Positions 29,716 to 42,512 of a DNA stretch of 64,000 nt are shown here, one piece after another; position 1 is the stretch's first letter, and every line of letters starts with the position of its first letter. The stretch is from Macrostomum lignano. Taxonomy: Eukaryota. Position numbers and translations under genes: made by a program. The notes below the pieces were generated by a model. That model had not been told where the DNA came from and did no database searches. It saw only the letters and a program-made list of their open reading frames with translations. The stretch is taken from assembly GCA_002269645.1 (NCBI GenBank), contig NIVC01001936.1:151194-215193 (forward strand). The letters are read 5' to 3'.

Positions 29716-31990
29716 AAATAAATTGTGTACCTGCTTAGGGAGCTGAGATAGGTCACTAACATTTGTTTTTGAAAATATCTCATAGCATTCAATCATTCTT
29801 AGAGATCTAATCAAGAAGAGCAAATGACTTTCACACTAACTTATTCATGGGATTTTTCTCTTTATTAGTTACATTATTGGCAATTACCTAGCACTGTCTA
29901 GGCCTACTATAGGCAAATCTATATACTGCACTAGTTTTCTACATTAGCAAAAATCATTTTACCTGACTAGGCCTTAGCATTCTAAAACAATATAAATTTT
30001 GAACATTTAGTTAATAATGTAGTTATGGTATATATTGTTGCTAATGCTACCTTTTGGCTGTTGTTTCATATTTTTAGACCTAGCTATCTTTTAAAAAATT
30101 TTAAAAATTCTTTAGAAATCTTAAATCTAGAAAAAATAGAGTCATAGACATAGGCCTAGTTATATTGGCATCTAGGCTTATAAGATAGACTAGACCAAAA
30201 CATAGTCTATAGTATAGATCAAGGCTACCATAGGATAGGCCAATCGATAGGCTTATCATTTGCTTTAGGTAAAAATTCTCATAGGCCTAACTAAGATGAA
30301 AAATGTGAAATACATTAGGCCTATATTTATTATATATTAGGCCTAAAGTTTAAAATGTTAGGAACTTTTAGATTAGGGCCTACTTTTAGTGTTATTAGTA
30401 TCATAATGTACTGTACAATAACAATAATAATAAACATAGCTCCTAGCCTCCAAAATTATTCTTTGGCTTGGTCTATGCTTTAATATTTAGGAAATCATTC
30501 TTATAAGTTATAGAATCAAAGACTCAAAGTCTGTTAAAATAAAGCAATAAACTTGTTGAGGTTTCCTCTGTTTTCTATAGTTGAGTTGCATAACTAAGTC
30601 ATATACAGTCTAGATCATGATCATTTTGAAGTATGGGCCCAAGTGATTGATGCTTGAATTAAACTTATCCAAGTCAGGAAGAGCGAGTTCACTTTTTACA
30701 GCTTCAAGCATGGCATGGGCCGCCAGTCACTTCGATAAACTACTATAAATTTATTGAAGCAAAATGATGCGGTGATGTTAAACAAAAGCCAAAAGGAAAT
30801 CAATTATTACAGAGTTTTGAAGCAGAGTAAATATTATTATTTCGAACTTTCTAATTTCTTTATAAAAATTTATATTTTAAAATTTACTTTACAATTTACT
30901 TCTTTTCTATTTTGTGATAACTGGTGAATTTGAAGTGACAAACTTGAACGAAATTATTAAATTGCCTATGTATAAACTATGATTAAGCACCATGACCATC
31001 CTTGATCATTTATTGACCCATGGGATAATCTAAGCTAAGCTTGGTGTGTAGGGCATAGGTATAAAGGCCTATATGCAGCTTAAGGCATTACAGCAGGTAA
31101 AAGTAATGTAATATTTAAATTACAGAAATTGCGATAGGGAATTACGGCCCTTTACAAACCTAATGGAGCGATTTTGAGATTTTAAATCTGCACTCGTACA
31201 ACTCCTATTTACCTATCGCCGGTCAGAGTATACTTTCTCTAATAGTCGCAGGTACATGATCGAATAAACACGATTTTTAATAGATTCGATTGAGTGTTAC
31301 TCAGACTTGATAATACTGCTGCTGACAGTAGATTTCGACTTGAATGTACTTTGATTATATAATTACACCGGATTCAGATAAATTGATTCTTAGTTAACGC
31401 TTAATAATGCGAAGCAAATTGGAGCAATTTCGAGCACTGCCCCGACAAATCCTATCGTTTAGCACACCTGCGAAATGGCATGCAGAGTCTCCAAAGAGAG
31501 CACGTACTGACTTGGACAACAGTCGCCTATCTACATGTACGATCGAGAGACCTGCACCCTTGACCAGCGGTGCACCTCAAGACGCGGAACGCAGAAAGCT
31601 GCCAGCTAACTGGCAAGCCGAATAATGAGGTCGGGCTCACTCAGTTGGAGCAATGAGAGTATAGTAGTATAGGTGTCGGATTTCCATCCTCTAAATACAT
31701 GTAGTTATTAGTTTATTGTCTATTCGACAGTAGGGCTGTGTCACACTGCAATTAACCTTTATTTTTAGCAGCCAGGCCTCACTCCTAAGTTTTTCGCCTC
31801 GCAATCGTCTGGTCAGCAATCATCCAAGCCAACCCCTTAAGCCGGGTGGCTGGCCAGCAGTCGGGAATCCCGATTGCACTGGACGCGTGGCGCTCTCTGC
31901 AGGCCCGGTAGATTTCGCCTTGCAAGCCTCGCCACGTGCCCGGGGTCCAGCCCGGTTCTGATTGGCCAGCCGCGTAAGCCGGGTGAACTA

Positions 31991-32940
31991 TTGGGCTGTT
32001 AGGAAAGTTCGTGTCCGTTTTGGGTAAAATAGGTTGGAGCAAGTTTTCATAGGAATGCAGCAGTGTTACTCAGTAAAATGATTGCCATCACAATCGATTG
32101 CCCTCTGCCAACGAGAGGGCAGACTTTGGATGCCAGCTCTGAAAGAATCCTTGGGCTGTGATGCAAAAAAGTTAGCAATGCAGTCCTTGACCCCTTTGTC
32201 ATCTTCAAACGTTTTTTCCTTCAGATGATGGTGCAGCACTCGAAACAGATGATAGTCTGTAGGAGCCAGATTGAAGCTGTAAGGTGGGTGGGGCAGCACT
32301 TCCCAGCCCAGATCCAGCAGCTTTTGCCAAATCAAATTGGCGGTGTGCGGCCGAGAATTGTCGTGAAGGAAGCGAACATGCTGACGCCCTGGAGGCTGTG
32401 TGCGGAGGCAGTCGGCCACATTCTGCAGCTGGTTACAGTAGAGCTCGGCGGTGATGCTGGTGTTGGGCGGCAGCAGCTTAAAGTACACAACTCCTTCACT
32501 GTCCCACCAACAGCAGAGCATCACCTTCTTAGGGTGCAGTGGGCCGGGCCTTTGGCTCTGGCTGTGGCGGCTTGCCGGCATCGACCCACTGGCGCTTGCG
32601 GTGTATATTAACGTACATCACCCACTTCTCATAGCCAGTGAGTATGGAGGCCAGCCAGTCTGTTGTTCTCTTGTAGGAGAGCAGTGAAGTGCAAATGTCT
32701 GCTCGGCTTTGACGGTCCCTGTCAGTCAGGTCATGGGGGGGGGGTCCACTGTCCGAGCTTGCTTTTCTTGCCCGTGGCAGCCAGGTGTTCAGCGACTTGC
32801 ACATGGGAGCACCCAAGAGTGGCTGCCAGCTCTCGAGTAGTCTGTGTGGATTGGCCTCCACAAGTGTCCGCAGCAGCTCAGTATCTATCTCAGATGGGCG
32901 TCCAGGGCGAGTTCATCATGCAGCAAGGCTGTATAGTCGC
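31991..32940 (-). mobile_element. Mariner (DD34D) transposon, defective and missing its 5' end
   Basis: QTTRELAATLG (HTH), QWTP-HDL, TGYEKW (catalytic D mutated to Y), LHDNSRPH and HPPYSFNLAPTDYHLF. One TIR-like end after TA at 31989-31990; no partner TIR found. Confidence 0.9.
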
Positions 32941-33412
32941 GAAACTTGAGAAAAAGAACCAAGAATAGAATAACAAATAGCAAATAAAATAATTATGACA
33001 AAATACTGTTCGCGTAAGATGCTCACATCACAGTAGATATATTACTAGGCCCTATTTGTGTTTTTGTTTTTTTTTATTTTGCGAAAGTTTGCTGTGGGTG
33101 GTGAAGCATGTTTTGCCGCTCCAGCCTCCTGCCCGCTCAGCTCAGCATTTGCCAACATGCAGCACCACCAAGGCGGCATCTTGCTGAAAACCAGCTAACG
33201 GCAAGACAATTCAGTTCAAAGAGGGCTGTACAAGGCTTTTCTGCCCAGGCTTCAGCCAGGTCACCTGGTCACCTTCACCTCAGTAATCTGGGAGCTTCTG
33301 GGAACTCCGTTTTTGTGCTATAATGGCATCCTGACTCATCCGTATTCTTAGAATCTAAATGTTGGATGCGATAATTATAACCTAGAAACCCGGCCAATCT
33401 GGGAGGTTCAAT

Positions 33413-34758
33413 TCGCGAGCCGGAGATGATTCTGTCAGCATCCGGATTCAACGGCGAGCCGGCGATGATTCTGTCAGCATCCGGATTCAACGGCGAGCCG
33501 GCGATGATTCTGTCAGCATCCGGATTCAACGGCGAGCCGGCGATGATTCTGTCAGCATCCGGATTCAACGGCGAGCCGGCGATGATTCTGTCAGCATCCG
33601 GATTCAACGGCGAGCCGGCGATGATTCTGTCAGCATCCGGATTCAACGGCGAGCCGGCGATGATTCTGTCAGCATCCGGATTCAACGGCGAGTCGGAGAT
33701 GATTCTGTCAGCATCCGGATTCAACGGCGAGCCGGCGATGATTCTGTCAGCATCCGGATTCAACGGCGAGTCGGAGATGATTCTGTCAGCATCCAGGATT
33801 CAACGGCAAGCTGGCGATGATTCTGTCAGCATCCGGATTCAACGGCAAGCTGGCGATGATTCTGTCAGCATCCAGGATTCAGATGATTCTGTCAGCATCC
33901 AGGATTCAGATGATTCTGTCAGCATCCGGATTCAACGGCAAGCTGGCGATGATTCTGTCAGCATCCAGGATTCAGATGATTCTGTCAGCATCCGGATTCA
34001 ACGGCGAGCCGGCGATGATTCTGTCAGCATCCAGGATTCAGATGATTCTGTCAGCATCCGGATTCAACGGCGAGCCGGCGATGATTCTGTCAGCATCCAG
34101 GATTCAGATGATTCTGTCAGCATCCAGGATTCAGATGATTCTGTCAGCATCCGGATTCAACGGCGAGCCGGCGATGATTCTGTCAGCATCCAGGATTCAG
34201 ATGATTCTGTCAGCATCCGGATTCAACGGCGAGCCGGCGATGATTCTGTCAGCATCCAGGATTCAGATGATTCTGTCAGCATCCAGGATTCAGATGATTC
34301 TGTCAGCATCCGGATTCAACGGCGAGCCGGCGATGATTCTGTCAGCATCCAGGATTCAGATGATTCTGTCAGCATCCGGATTCAACGGCGAGCCGGCGAT
34401 GATTCTGTCAGCATCCAGGATTCAGATGATTCTGTCAGCATCCAGGATTCAGATGATTCTGTCAGCATCCGGATTCAACGGCGAGCCGGCGATGATTCTG
34501 TCAGCATCCGGGATTCAGATGATTCTGTCAGCATCCAGGATTCAGATGATTCTGTCAGCATCCGGATTCAACGGCGAGCCGGCGATGATTCTGTCAGCAT
34601 CCGGGATTCAACGGCGAGCCGGCGATGATTCTGTCAGCATCCAGGATTCAGATGATTCTGTCAGCATCCGGATTCAACGGCGAGCCGGCGATGATTCTGT
34701 CAGCATCCGGGATTCAACGGCGAGCCGGCGATGATTCTGTCAGCATCCGGGATTCAAC
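33413..34758. repeat. Composite 39-bp/27-bp minisatellite
   Basis: Units GATGATTCTGTCAGCATCCGGATTCAACGGCGAGCCGGC and GATGATTCTGTCAGCATCCAGGATTCA. Confidence 0.95.
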
Positions 34759-35337
34759 GTCTTCTTGAAGCGCTCTTGGCGGCGCCGGCAGGCTCCCGAA
34801 CGGGTTCGCTGTCTGCCGATGGCTTACGCAGAGGACGTGGGCCCACCGATCAGGCCTGCCGTCGAGGAGATCCAGCGCATCGGCCATTGGAGGAGTGACG
34901 TAATCGGTGTATTTGCTTGCGTGCCCATTTAGGCTCTGACCTTGCGTCTCGAGCGGTTTTGAGCAATTTTGTCTTGTTTTTTTCACGTCTCTCTGTTCAA
35001 CTGTGCATTTTTCACTCTTGCCTAAAAGATGCCCTTTCGCCCTGTCTGCATTTCTTTTCTTTGGCGTTTGGGGGAGTTCGTGCTTGCTTGCGCCCCAGCT
35101 GCTTCGTCAATTGTCTCGTGCTTTCGCCTTCATCACCTCATCAATTCCCTGTCCTAAGCGCTACAGAGAGCGAGATTATCCATGTATCCCGAGAAGGGTC
35201 TGCGTCAGCGCTTAGTCTTGCTAAGTGGGTTTGAATAGCAACAACTTACAATTTGCTCATAGATTCAGCCTTACTTAAATCTGCTTCTGAAGTATCTTTC
35301 CTACATACTACTACATGTACATGTTCGTACCGCATAA

Positions 35338-35492
35338 CAGGGGCATAGCCAGGAAGAGGAGATTGGCAAGTGGGCTCAAAAACCTCTTTACTGCAGCTGT
35401 GGCGCCCCTTGGTGATAACGCCCTTGGTGATGGCGCCCTTGGTGATGGCGCCCCTGGGTGCTGGCGCCCTTGGTGATGGCGCCCCTTTGGTG
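35338..35492. repeat. Dispersed element head plus short GGCGCCCTTGGTGAT array
   Basis: Resembles 4100-4610. Confidence 0.55.
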
Positions 35493-35502
35493 CTAAAGCT
35501 TC

Positions 35503-35860
35503 TCCTTCAGTGACATTTGCTTTCCATTCAGTGACATTTGCTTTCCATTCAGTGACATTTGCTTTCCATTCAGTGACATTTGCTTTCCCTTCAGTGACAT
35601 TTGCTTTCCCTTCAGTGACATTTGCTTCTCCATCAGTGACATTTGCTTCTCCTTCAGTGACATTTGCTTCTCCTTCAGTGACATTTGCTTCTCCTTCAGT
35701 GACATTTGCTTCTCCTTCAGTGACTTTTGCTTCTCTTTCAGTGACATTTGCTTCTGTTTCAGTGACATTTGCTTCTCCTTCAGTGACATTTGCTTCTCCT
35801 TCAGTGACATTTGCTTCTGTTTCAGTGACATTTGCTTCTCCTTCAGTGACATTTGCTTCT
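35503..35860. repeat. 21-bp minisatellite (CTTCAGTGACATTTGCTTCTC)n
   Basis: About 17 copies. Confidence 0.93.
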
Positions 35861-36051
35861 CAGTCAGCAGTGCTCCTTAGAAATAAAAGTCAAGATGTCG
35901 CTAAATCAACCCAACGATTTGGTGCAGATAAAAAATTTCTAACGTGAAGAAATAAGTCAGTAAGGCACTGAGTATATTTAGTATAAAGATTCTTCTACAA
36001 GCCAAGATTTTTTGTTTGATAGAGATTTCTGCGTATAGAAAATATTTTTGC

Positions 36052-36432
36052 ACAGCCAATCAGTCACTGTCACAGCCAATCAGTCACTGTCACAGCCAAT
36101 CAGTCACTGTCACAGCCAATCAGTCACTGTCACAGCCAATCAGTCACTGTCACAGCCAATCAGTCACTGTCACAGCCAATCAGTCACTGTCACAGCCAAT
36201 CAGTCACTGTCACAGCCAATCAGTCACTGTCAGCCAATCAGTCACTGTCACAGCCAATCAGTCACTGTCACAGCCAATCAGTCACTGTCACAGCCAATCA
36301 GTCACTGTCAGCCAATCAGTCACTGTCACAGCCAATCAGTCACTGTCACTGTCACAACCACTCAGTCACTGTCACAACCACTCAGTCACTGTCACAGCCA
36401 ATCAGTCACTGTCACTGTCACTGTCACTGTCA
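36052..36432. repeat. 20-bp minisatellite (CAGCCAATCAGTCACTGTCA)n overlapping the stop codon of gene E
   Basis: About 18 copies; the unit matches the stop-codon region of gene A (15217-15236) at 18/20. Confidence 0.93.
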
Positions 36433-36989
36433 CTGCCAGTTTCCACTTCACAGCCGTCCTCCGCCAGAGCTGCCGTCTCCGACCTCCACAAGCCGCTGAG
36501 GTTCACCCGCTGCCCGAAGGCCGCCTCGAGGCGCTCGTCTCTGGCGATGCAGTCGAAGCCGCAGAGATCCAGGTTGAGCAGCCACGGGCAGCCTCTGGCG
36601 ATGCTGGCGACAGAGGCGGCGGTCAGCCGGTCGCATTTTGACAGGCTGAGCCGCCGCAGGCCCCTGGCGACCGGACTGGCGCACAGGTCGGCCACCGCCT
36701 CTCTCCGTGAGCACGGACTTCCTGCAGCAGATGGCCCAGAACTCGTGCGGGTCGGGCATGGCAGCTCCGAGGCTCCGAAGGTCTCGCAGGTTCGCCCAGG
36801 CCTGGCGGGTCAGGCGGCCGCAGTCGTAGAGCTGGAGGCGGCGAAGGCGGGGCAGCCGGGAGAGCAGAGCCGGCAGCAGCTCGTCGTTGCAGCCTCCGAA
36901 AGCCAGGACGGTCAGCTGGGCTGCGGGCGAGGGTTGCAAAATGGGCGGCTTCGACACACACACTGATAGTGCCTTGAAAGGACCTATTT

Positions 36990-37330
36990 GTCTCATCTCC
37001 CCAAGCTCTCCCATCTCTCCAACCTCTCATCTACCCCAACCTCTCATCTCCTCCAACCTCTCATTTCCCCAACTTCTCATCTTCCCAACTTCTCATCTCC
37101 CCAACCTCTCATCTTCCCAACCTCTCATCTCCCCAACCTCATCTTCCCAACCTCTTATCTCCCCAGCCTCTCTCATCTCCCCAACCTCATCTCCCCAACC
37201 TCTCATCTCCCCTACCTCTCATCTCCCCAACCTCTCTCATCTCCAAAACATCTCATCTCCCCAACCTCTCATCTCTCCAACATCTCATCTCCCCTAGCTC
37301 TCATCTCCCCAAGCTCTCATCCCCAATCCC
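36990..37330. repeat. Degenerate pyrimidine-rich repeat of about 16 bp (CTCATCTCCCCAACCT)n, intronic
   Basis: Imperfect tandem periodicity. Confidence 0.8.
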
Positions 37331-37779
37331 AATCGCCTCCCGAGCTCAGGCAGCTCACCCGAGCAGGCACTCAGGCCGGTCAGCAGCCCGGTAGTTTTGC
37401 TGCAGGGGTGGCCGGCCAGCTGCAGCAGGCGCAGACTCAGCGGCAGCGCTCTGTCCAGGCCGTCACACAGCGCATCCTTCAGCTCCAGCTCCTGGAGGCC
37501 CTGCGACAGGCGGGAGACAACCAGGCGGCAGCCCGCGGCGTCCAGCGCACTGCAGGAGGTCAGCCGTAGCCGCCAGAGCAGCGGGCTACGGTCGAGCAGG
37601 GCCGCTTAGCTTCATGCACCAGGAACCGGCACGGGAGTGGAGGCGGCCGCCGCAGCCGTCTGCCAGCACAGCGGCCAGGCTGTCCGAAAATTTCTGGTTC
37701 ATCGTCAGCTCGGACAGGCGGGGCAGCCGACGCAGCAGCTCGCGCAGTTCTTGTGAATGAGGAGACCAACAGCTTCGGC

Positions 37780-38862
37780 TTCAGGATGGGACTGGAGCTT
37801 CAGGATGGGACTGGAGCTTCAGGATGGAACTGGAGCTTCAGGATGGGACTGGAATTTCAATATGGGTGCTGGAGCTTCAGGTTGGGATTGGAAGCTTCAA
37901 GATGGGACTGGAAGCTTCAGGTTGGGACTGGAAGCTTCAGGATGGGACTGGAAGCTTCAGGATACGACTGGAAGCTTCAGGATGGGACTGGAAGCTTCAG
38001 GGTGGGCCTGGAAGCTTCAGGATGGGACTGGAGCTTCAGGATGGGACTGGAAGCTTCAGGATGGGACTGGAAGCTTCAGGATGGGACTGGAGCTTCAGGA
38101 TGGGACTGGAGCTTCAGGATACGACTGGAAGCTTCAGGATGGGACTGGAGCTTCAGGATGGGACTGGAAGCTTCAGGATGGGACTGGAGCTTCAGGATGG
38201 GATTGGAAGCTTCAGGATACGACTGGAAGCTTCAGGATGGGACTGGAAGCTTCAGGATGGGACTGGAATTTCAATATGGGACTGGAAGCTTCAGGATGGG
38301 ACTGGAAGCTTCAGGATGGGACTGGAAGCTTCAGGATGGGACTGGAAGCTTCAGGATGGGACTGGAGCTTCAGGATACGACTGGAAGCTTCAGGATGGGA
38401 CTGGAGCTTCAGGATGGGACTGGAAGCTTCAGGATGGGACTGGAGCTTCAGGATGGGACTGGAAGCTTCAGGATACGACTGGAAGCTTCAGGATGGGACT
38501 GGAAGCTTCAGGATGGGACTGGAATTTCAATATGGGACTGGAAGCTTCAGGATGGGACTGGAAGCTTCAGGATGGGACTGGAATTTCAATATGGGTGCTG
38601 GAGCTTCAGGATAGGACTGGAAGCTTCAAGATGGGACTGGAGCTTCAGGATAGGACTGGAAGCTTCAGGATGGGACTGGAAGCTTCAGGTTGGGACTGGA
38701 AGCTTCAGGATGGGACTGGAGCTTCAGGATGGGACTGGAGCTTCAGGATAGGACTGGAAGCTTCAAGATGGGACTGGAAGCTTCAGGTTGGGACTGGAAG
38801 CTTCAGGATGGGACTGGAGCTTCAGGATGGGACTGGAAGCTTCAGGATGGGACTGGAAGCTT
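37780..38862. repeat. 19/20-bp minisatellite (TTCAGGATGGGACTGGAAGC)n
   Basis: About 55 copies with recurrent variants. Confidence 0.95.
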
Positions 38863-39536
38863 CACTCAGCTCACACTCAGCCCAGGTCCCACATCAGGTC
38901 ACAGCTCACACTCAGCGCGGACTCCTAGGTCTCCCGCTCGTCTTCACCGGCCGCCTCAGCCGCCTCCAGCCGCAGAGACTTCGGCGCCGGACGCTCTTGA
39001 CTCGCGCAGGCCTCCGCCATGGTGCGGCTGCAATGATGAAGCTGCTCTCCAGTCTCTGCGAGCTCAAAGCAGGAAATCAAACACAATTTCGAGCTTCGCC
39101 TGCTCTGAGAATAAAAAAACATGCAGGATCTTTGTTGTTCTCATAGGACACTCTGAGCAAGTTTATTTTATTGATAAAAAGTTCAACAACAAAAAACAGA
39201 GACTTGAAAGGCAGTCCGCAATGACAGTTTACATAAAAAATGTGACGAATAATGAAATTTTGATTGCGAGTCACCCTCATGAGTCACCCACTACCCACCT
39301 CATCAGTTACCCACAGCCCACCTCATCAGTCACCCACTGCCCACCTCATGAGTCACCCACTGCCCACCTCATCAGTCACCCACTGCTCACTGTCGCTACA
39401 AATTAAAAATCTGAGCTTTGCAGAGTAAAATGAGCAGCAAAGCCAGGAAGCGGCAGCTCAGTGCCAACAATAGAATCATAAAAAACAGCCATATTGGAGC
39501 CGGCAAGCTGGTGAAGAAGTTGCTAACAAAATGAGT

Positions 39537-41940
39537 TCACAGGGGCCCGTGATTCGTCACCGTCACGCAGTGCTCAAAAGACAGCCGAAAAGCCTGCAGG
39601 TCGGCCTGCCCGAAGCCGCTCCCGGCCAGGACCAGGCGGGTCAGCAGCGGGCAGCCGCTGGCGATGCTGGCCAGCGAGGCGGCGGTCAGCTGGCTGCAGT
39701 CAAATGACAGGCTGAGGCGCCGCAGGCCCCTGGCAACCGGACTGGCGCACAGGTCGGCCAACGCCTCATCAGTGAGGCTGCGCCTGCTGCACCTGTGAGC
39801 ACGCAGCTCGTGCAGGTCGGGAGTGGCAGCTCCGAGGCTCTGCAGTTCCCGCAGATTCGCCCAGGCCTGGTGGGTCAGGCGGCTGCAGTCGGTGAGGCGG
39901 AGGCAGTGCAGGCGGGGCAGCCGGGAGAGCAGAGCCGGCAGCAGGTCGTCGGTGCACAAGTCCAGGGTTAAAAAAGCCAGGCCTGCAGATATGAGCAGGT
40001 TATGACTAGTTCCTAACATGCATGGGCAGCCACCAGCCCACACCAGCAACAGACCCGCTCACCTGAGCAGCCACCAGCCCATACCAGCAACAGACCCGCT
40101 CACCTTAGCAGCCACCAGCCCACAGCAGTAACTCACCTGAGCAGCCACCAGCCCACACCAGCAACTCACCTGAGCAGCCACCAGCCCATACCAGCAACAG
40201 ACCCGCTCACCTGAACAGCCACCAGCCCACAGCAGTAACTCACCTGAGCAGCCACCAGCCCACACCAGCAACAGACCCGCTCACCTTAGCAGCCACCAGC
40301 CCACACCAGCAACTCACCTGAGCAGCCACCAGCCCATACCAGCAACAGACCCGCTCACCTGAACAGCCACCAGCCCACAGCAGTAACTCACCTGAGCAGC
40401 CACCAGCCCACACCAGCAACAGACCCGCTCACCTTAGCAGCCACCAGCCCACACCAGCAACAGACCCGCTCACCTTAGCAGCCACCAGCCCACACCAGCT
40501 GCAGACCCGCTCACCTGAGCAGCCACCAGCCCACACCAGCAACAGACCCGCTCACCTTAGCAGCCACCAGCCCACACCAGCAACAGACCCGCTCACCTGC
40601 AGAGCAGCCACCAGCCCATATCAGCAACAGACCCGCTCATCTTAGCAGCCACCAGCCCACACCAGCAACAGACCCGCTCACCTTAGCAGCCACCAGCCCA
40701 CACCAGCAACAGACCCGCTCACCTGAGCAGCCACCAGCCCACACCAGCTTCAGACCCGCTCACCTTAGCAGCCACCAGCCCACACCAGCAACAGACCCGC
40801 TCACCTGGGCAGCTGGCCAGCAGCTCCATCAGGCGCAGCTGATCCGCACGTGGCGGGAGTCCCTCCAGCCGCAGCCGCCGCAGGTTCGGCGGCAGCACAG
40901 CAGGTGGGCCGACGCCGGCTCGGCAGCTCCAATCCGCGTGCTCAAAGCTCAGGCCCAGGTCTGTCAGACCCGCCGGCAGGGCTCGCAGGATGGCGCAGGC
41001 ATGGCAGTCCAGCACGAAGACCCTGGCTGACGACTTCAGCCGGAAGCTTCGCAGCTGCGGCAGGCGGGCCAGCAGCGGAGGCACCGAGGCGGCGTCCACA
41101 AAGCGGCTGTCGATGCGGAGGCAGCGAAGCCGGGCCGCGCCGCCTAGCAGCTGCAGGTCGGTTGCTGAGCGGCACCAGTTCCGGCACCGAAGCCGCAGGT
41201 CGGTCAGCTCCGGCATCCGGGACAGCGGAGTCAGCAAATCTTCAGGAGCGATGGAAGTTCAGGTAAAGTCCGTCAAACAGGTCTCAGAAACCCCTGAAAG
41301 ACTCACTGGACAGCTCAGCGCCGCAGGTGGCGAAGCTGGTGAGCAGCGGACACTCGGGCAGGTCTCGGAGCATCGGAGCAGCGCTGCTCCAGCTTCTCAC
41401 TGACAGGCTGGCGAGGCGGCAGACCTGCTCAGCCAACAGCTGCTGGCTGCAGCTCCACCCGACCGCATCGCAGGCGGCTGCTCGGCTGTCCATCTGCAGC
41501 AGCGACAGGCGCGGGCAGCCGGTCAGCAGGCATCTCAAAGACTCGTCAGACAGGCCGTTTCGACAATCAACGAGGCGCAGCTCCAGCAGGCCGGGGCAGC
41601 TGCGGCCCGCCTCCGTCACGGCCAGCTGGGCGGGTGGTTGATCCATGTCCCGCAGCCTGAGGCAGGTGAGGCTCGCGGATGCGGCCAGCAGCAGTGGCAG
41701 CCGGTGCTCGGCTGTCAGCCCGCAGGCCGAGATCTCCCGCACGCTGCCGCCCAGCCAGTCTCTGAGCCGCTCCATCAGCTCGGCATCTGCGGTGCGGCCG
41801 TCAATGCGGATTTTGCGCCACAGCCGCGGCTGCGTGGCGAGCCGCCGCCAGCGCCTGCTCAGCTGAGCGCACCGGCCGAGGCTGGTCTGGTCCAGCTCGG
41901 ACAGGATCTGCGTGAGCAGCTCCTCTGGTAGCTGCTCCAG
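39537..41940 (-). CDS. F-box/LRR gene F (B-type; start not identified), apparently intact
   Basis: Exons 41940-41307, 41239-40805 and 39982-39537, phases 1/1, 1515 nt open. The upstream flank is homologous to that of gene B. Confidence 0.82.
40026..40805. repeat. 34-40-bp minisatellite containing about 20 tandem 5' splice sites
   Basis: Each unit carries AG|GTGAGC or AG|GTGAGT on the minus strand. Confidence 0.9.
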
Positions 41941-42325
41941 CTGTAAGAAAGAAAACAGAATATTTGAAGAAACAGGCAGAAGCAACCGCCTCCTGTTGTC
42001 AAGAAGCAACAAAATTTATCAAGAACTGCAATAACGCTGCGCACGCATCAAATACTGCCACATCGAGAAAGTGCATTGATTTCCTATCATTATTTCTAAT
42101 TGGTGGTTGGCTCACCACAACAGGTTTACAAGTAAACAGGTTAACATGTTACTTGAAGTAAATATAAGATTAGGGGGTTGCGTCAGCAATACTATTTTGA
42201 AACTGCTCACTCTGCTCATGGGGCACAACAGTGCGCATTTTTGAAAAAAGTCCCTTATTGGGGAATGCAGTTTCTTTAGATAAAAAAACAAATTTACACA
42301 TTTTGCTGCTCCAAATTGTGAAAAA

Positions 42326-42512
42326 GTTGCAGAGCTGAAGGGAGGCAGTTGCAGAGCTGAAGGGAGACAGTTGCAGAGCTGAAGGGAGGCAGTTGCAGAG
42401 CTGAAGGGAGGCAGTTGCAGAGCTGAAGGGAGTCAGTTGCAGAGCTGAAGGGAGGCAGTTGCAGAGCTGAAGGGAGGCAGTTGCAGAGGTGAAGGGAGAC
42501 AGTTGCAGAGAT
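42326..42512. repeat. 22-bp minisatellite 3' of gene G
   Basis: Same unit as 23672-24491 but only about 8 copies. Confidence 0.9.

Larger units (their letters stand above)
36402..39020 (-). pseudogene. F-box/LRR paralog E (A-type), disabled
   Basis: Exon 1 (ATG 39020) has TAG at 38925-38927 where gene A has TCG. No F-box exon found. LRR exons about 37752-37359 and 36920-36402 each contain a frameshift. Confidence 0.78.

Noticed and set aside
33100-33310. Possible remnant of an F-box/LRR middle exon (SQITEVKVT...NAELSG)
   Set aside because: Too degenerate, with multiple stops, to support without an alignment.
33275-34734. 400-aa and 305-aa repeat ORFs resembling adhesive or structural proteins
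   Set aside because: Open in several frames on both strands simply because units are multiples of 3 without stops; no signal peptide or unique domain.
37753-39146. 285-440-aa W/G-rich ORFs in three frames
   Set aside because: Translations of the 19/20-bp array.
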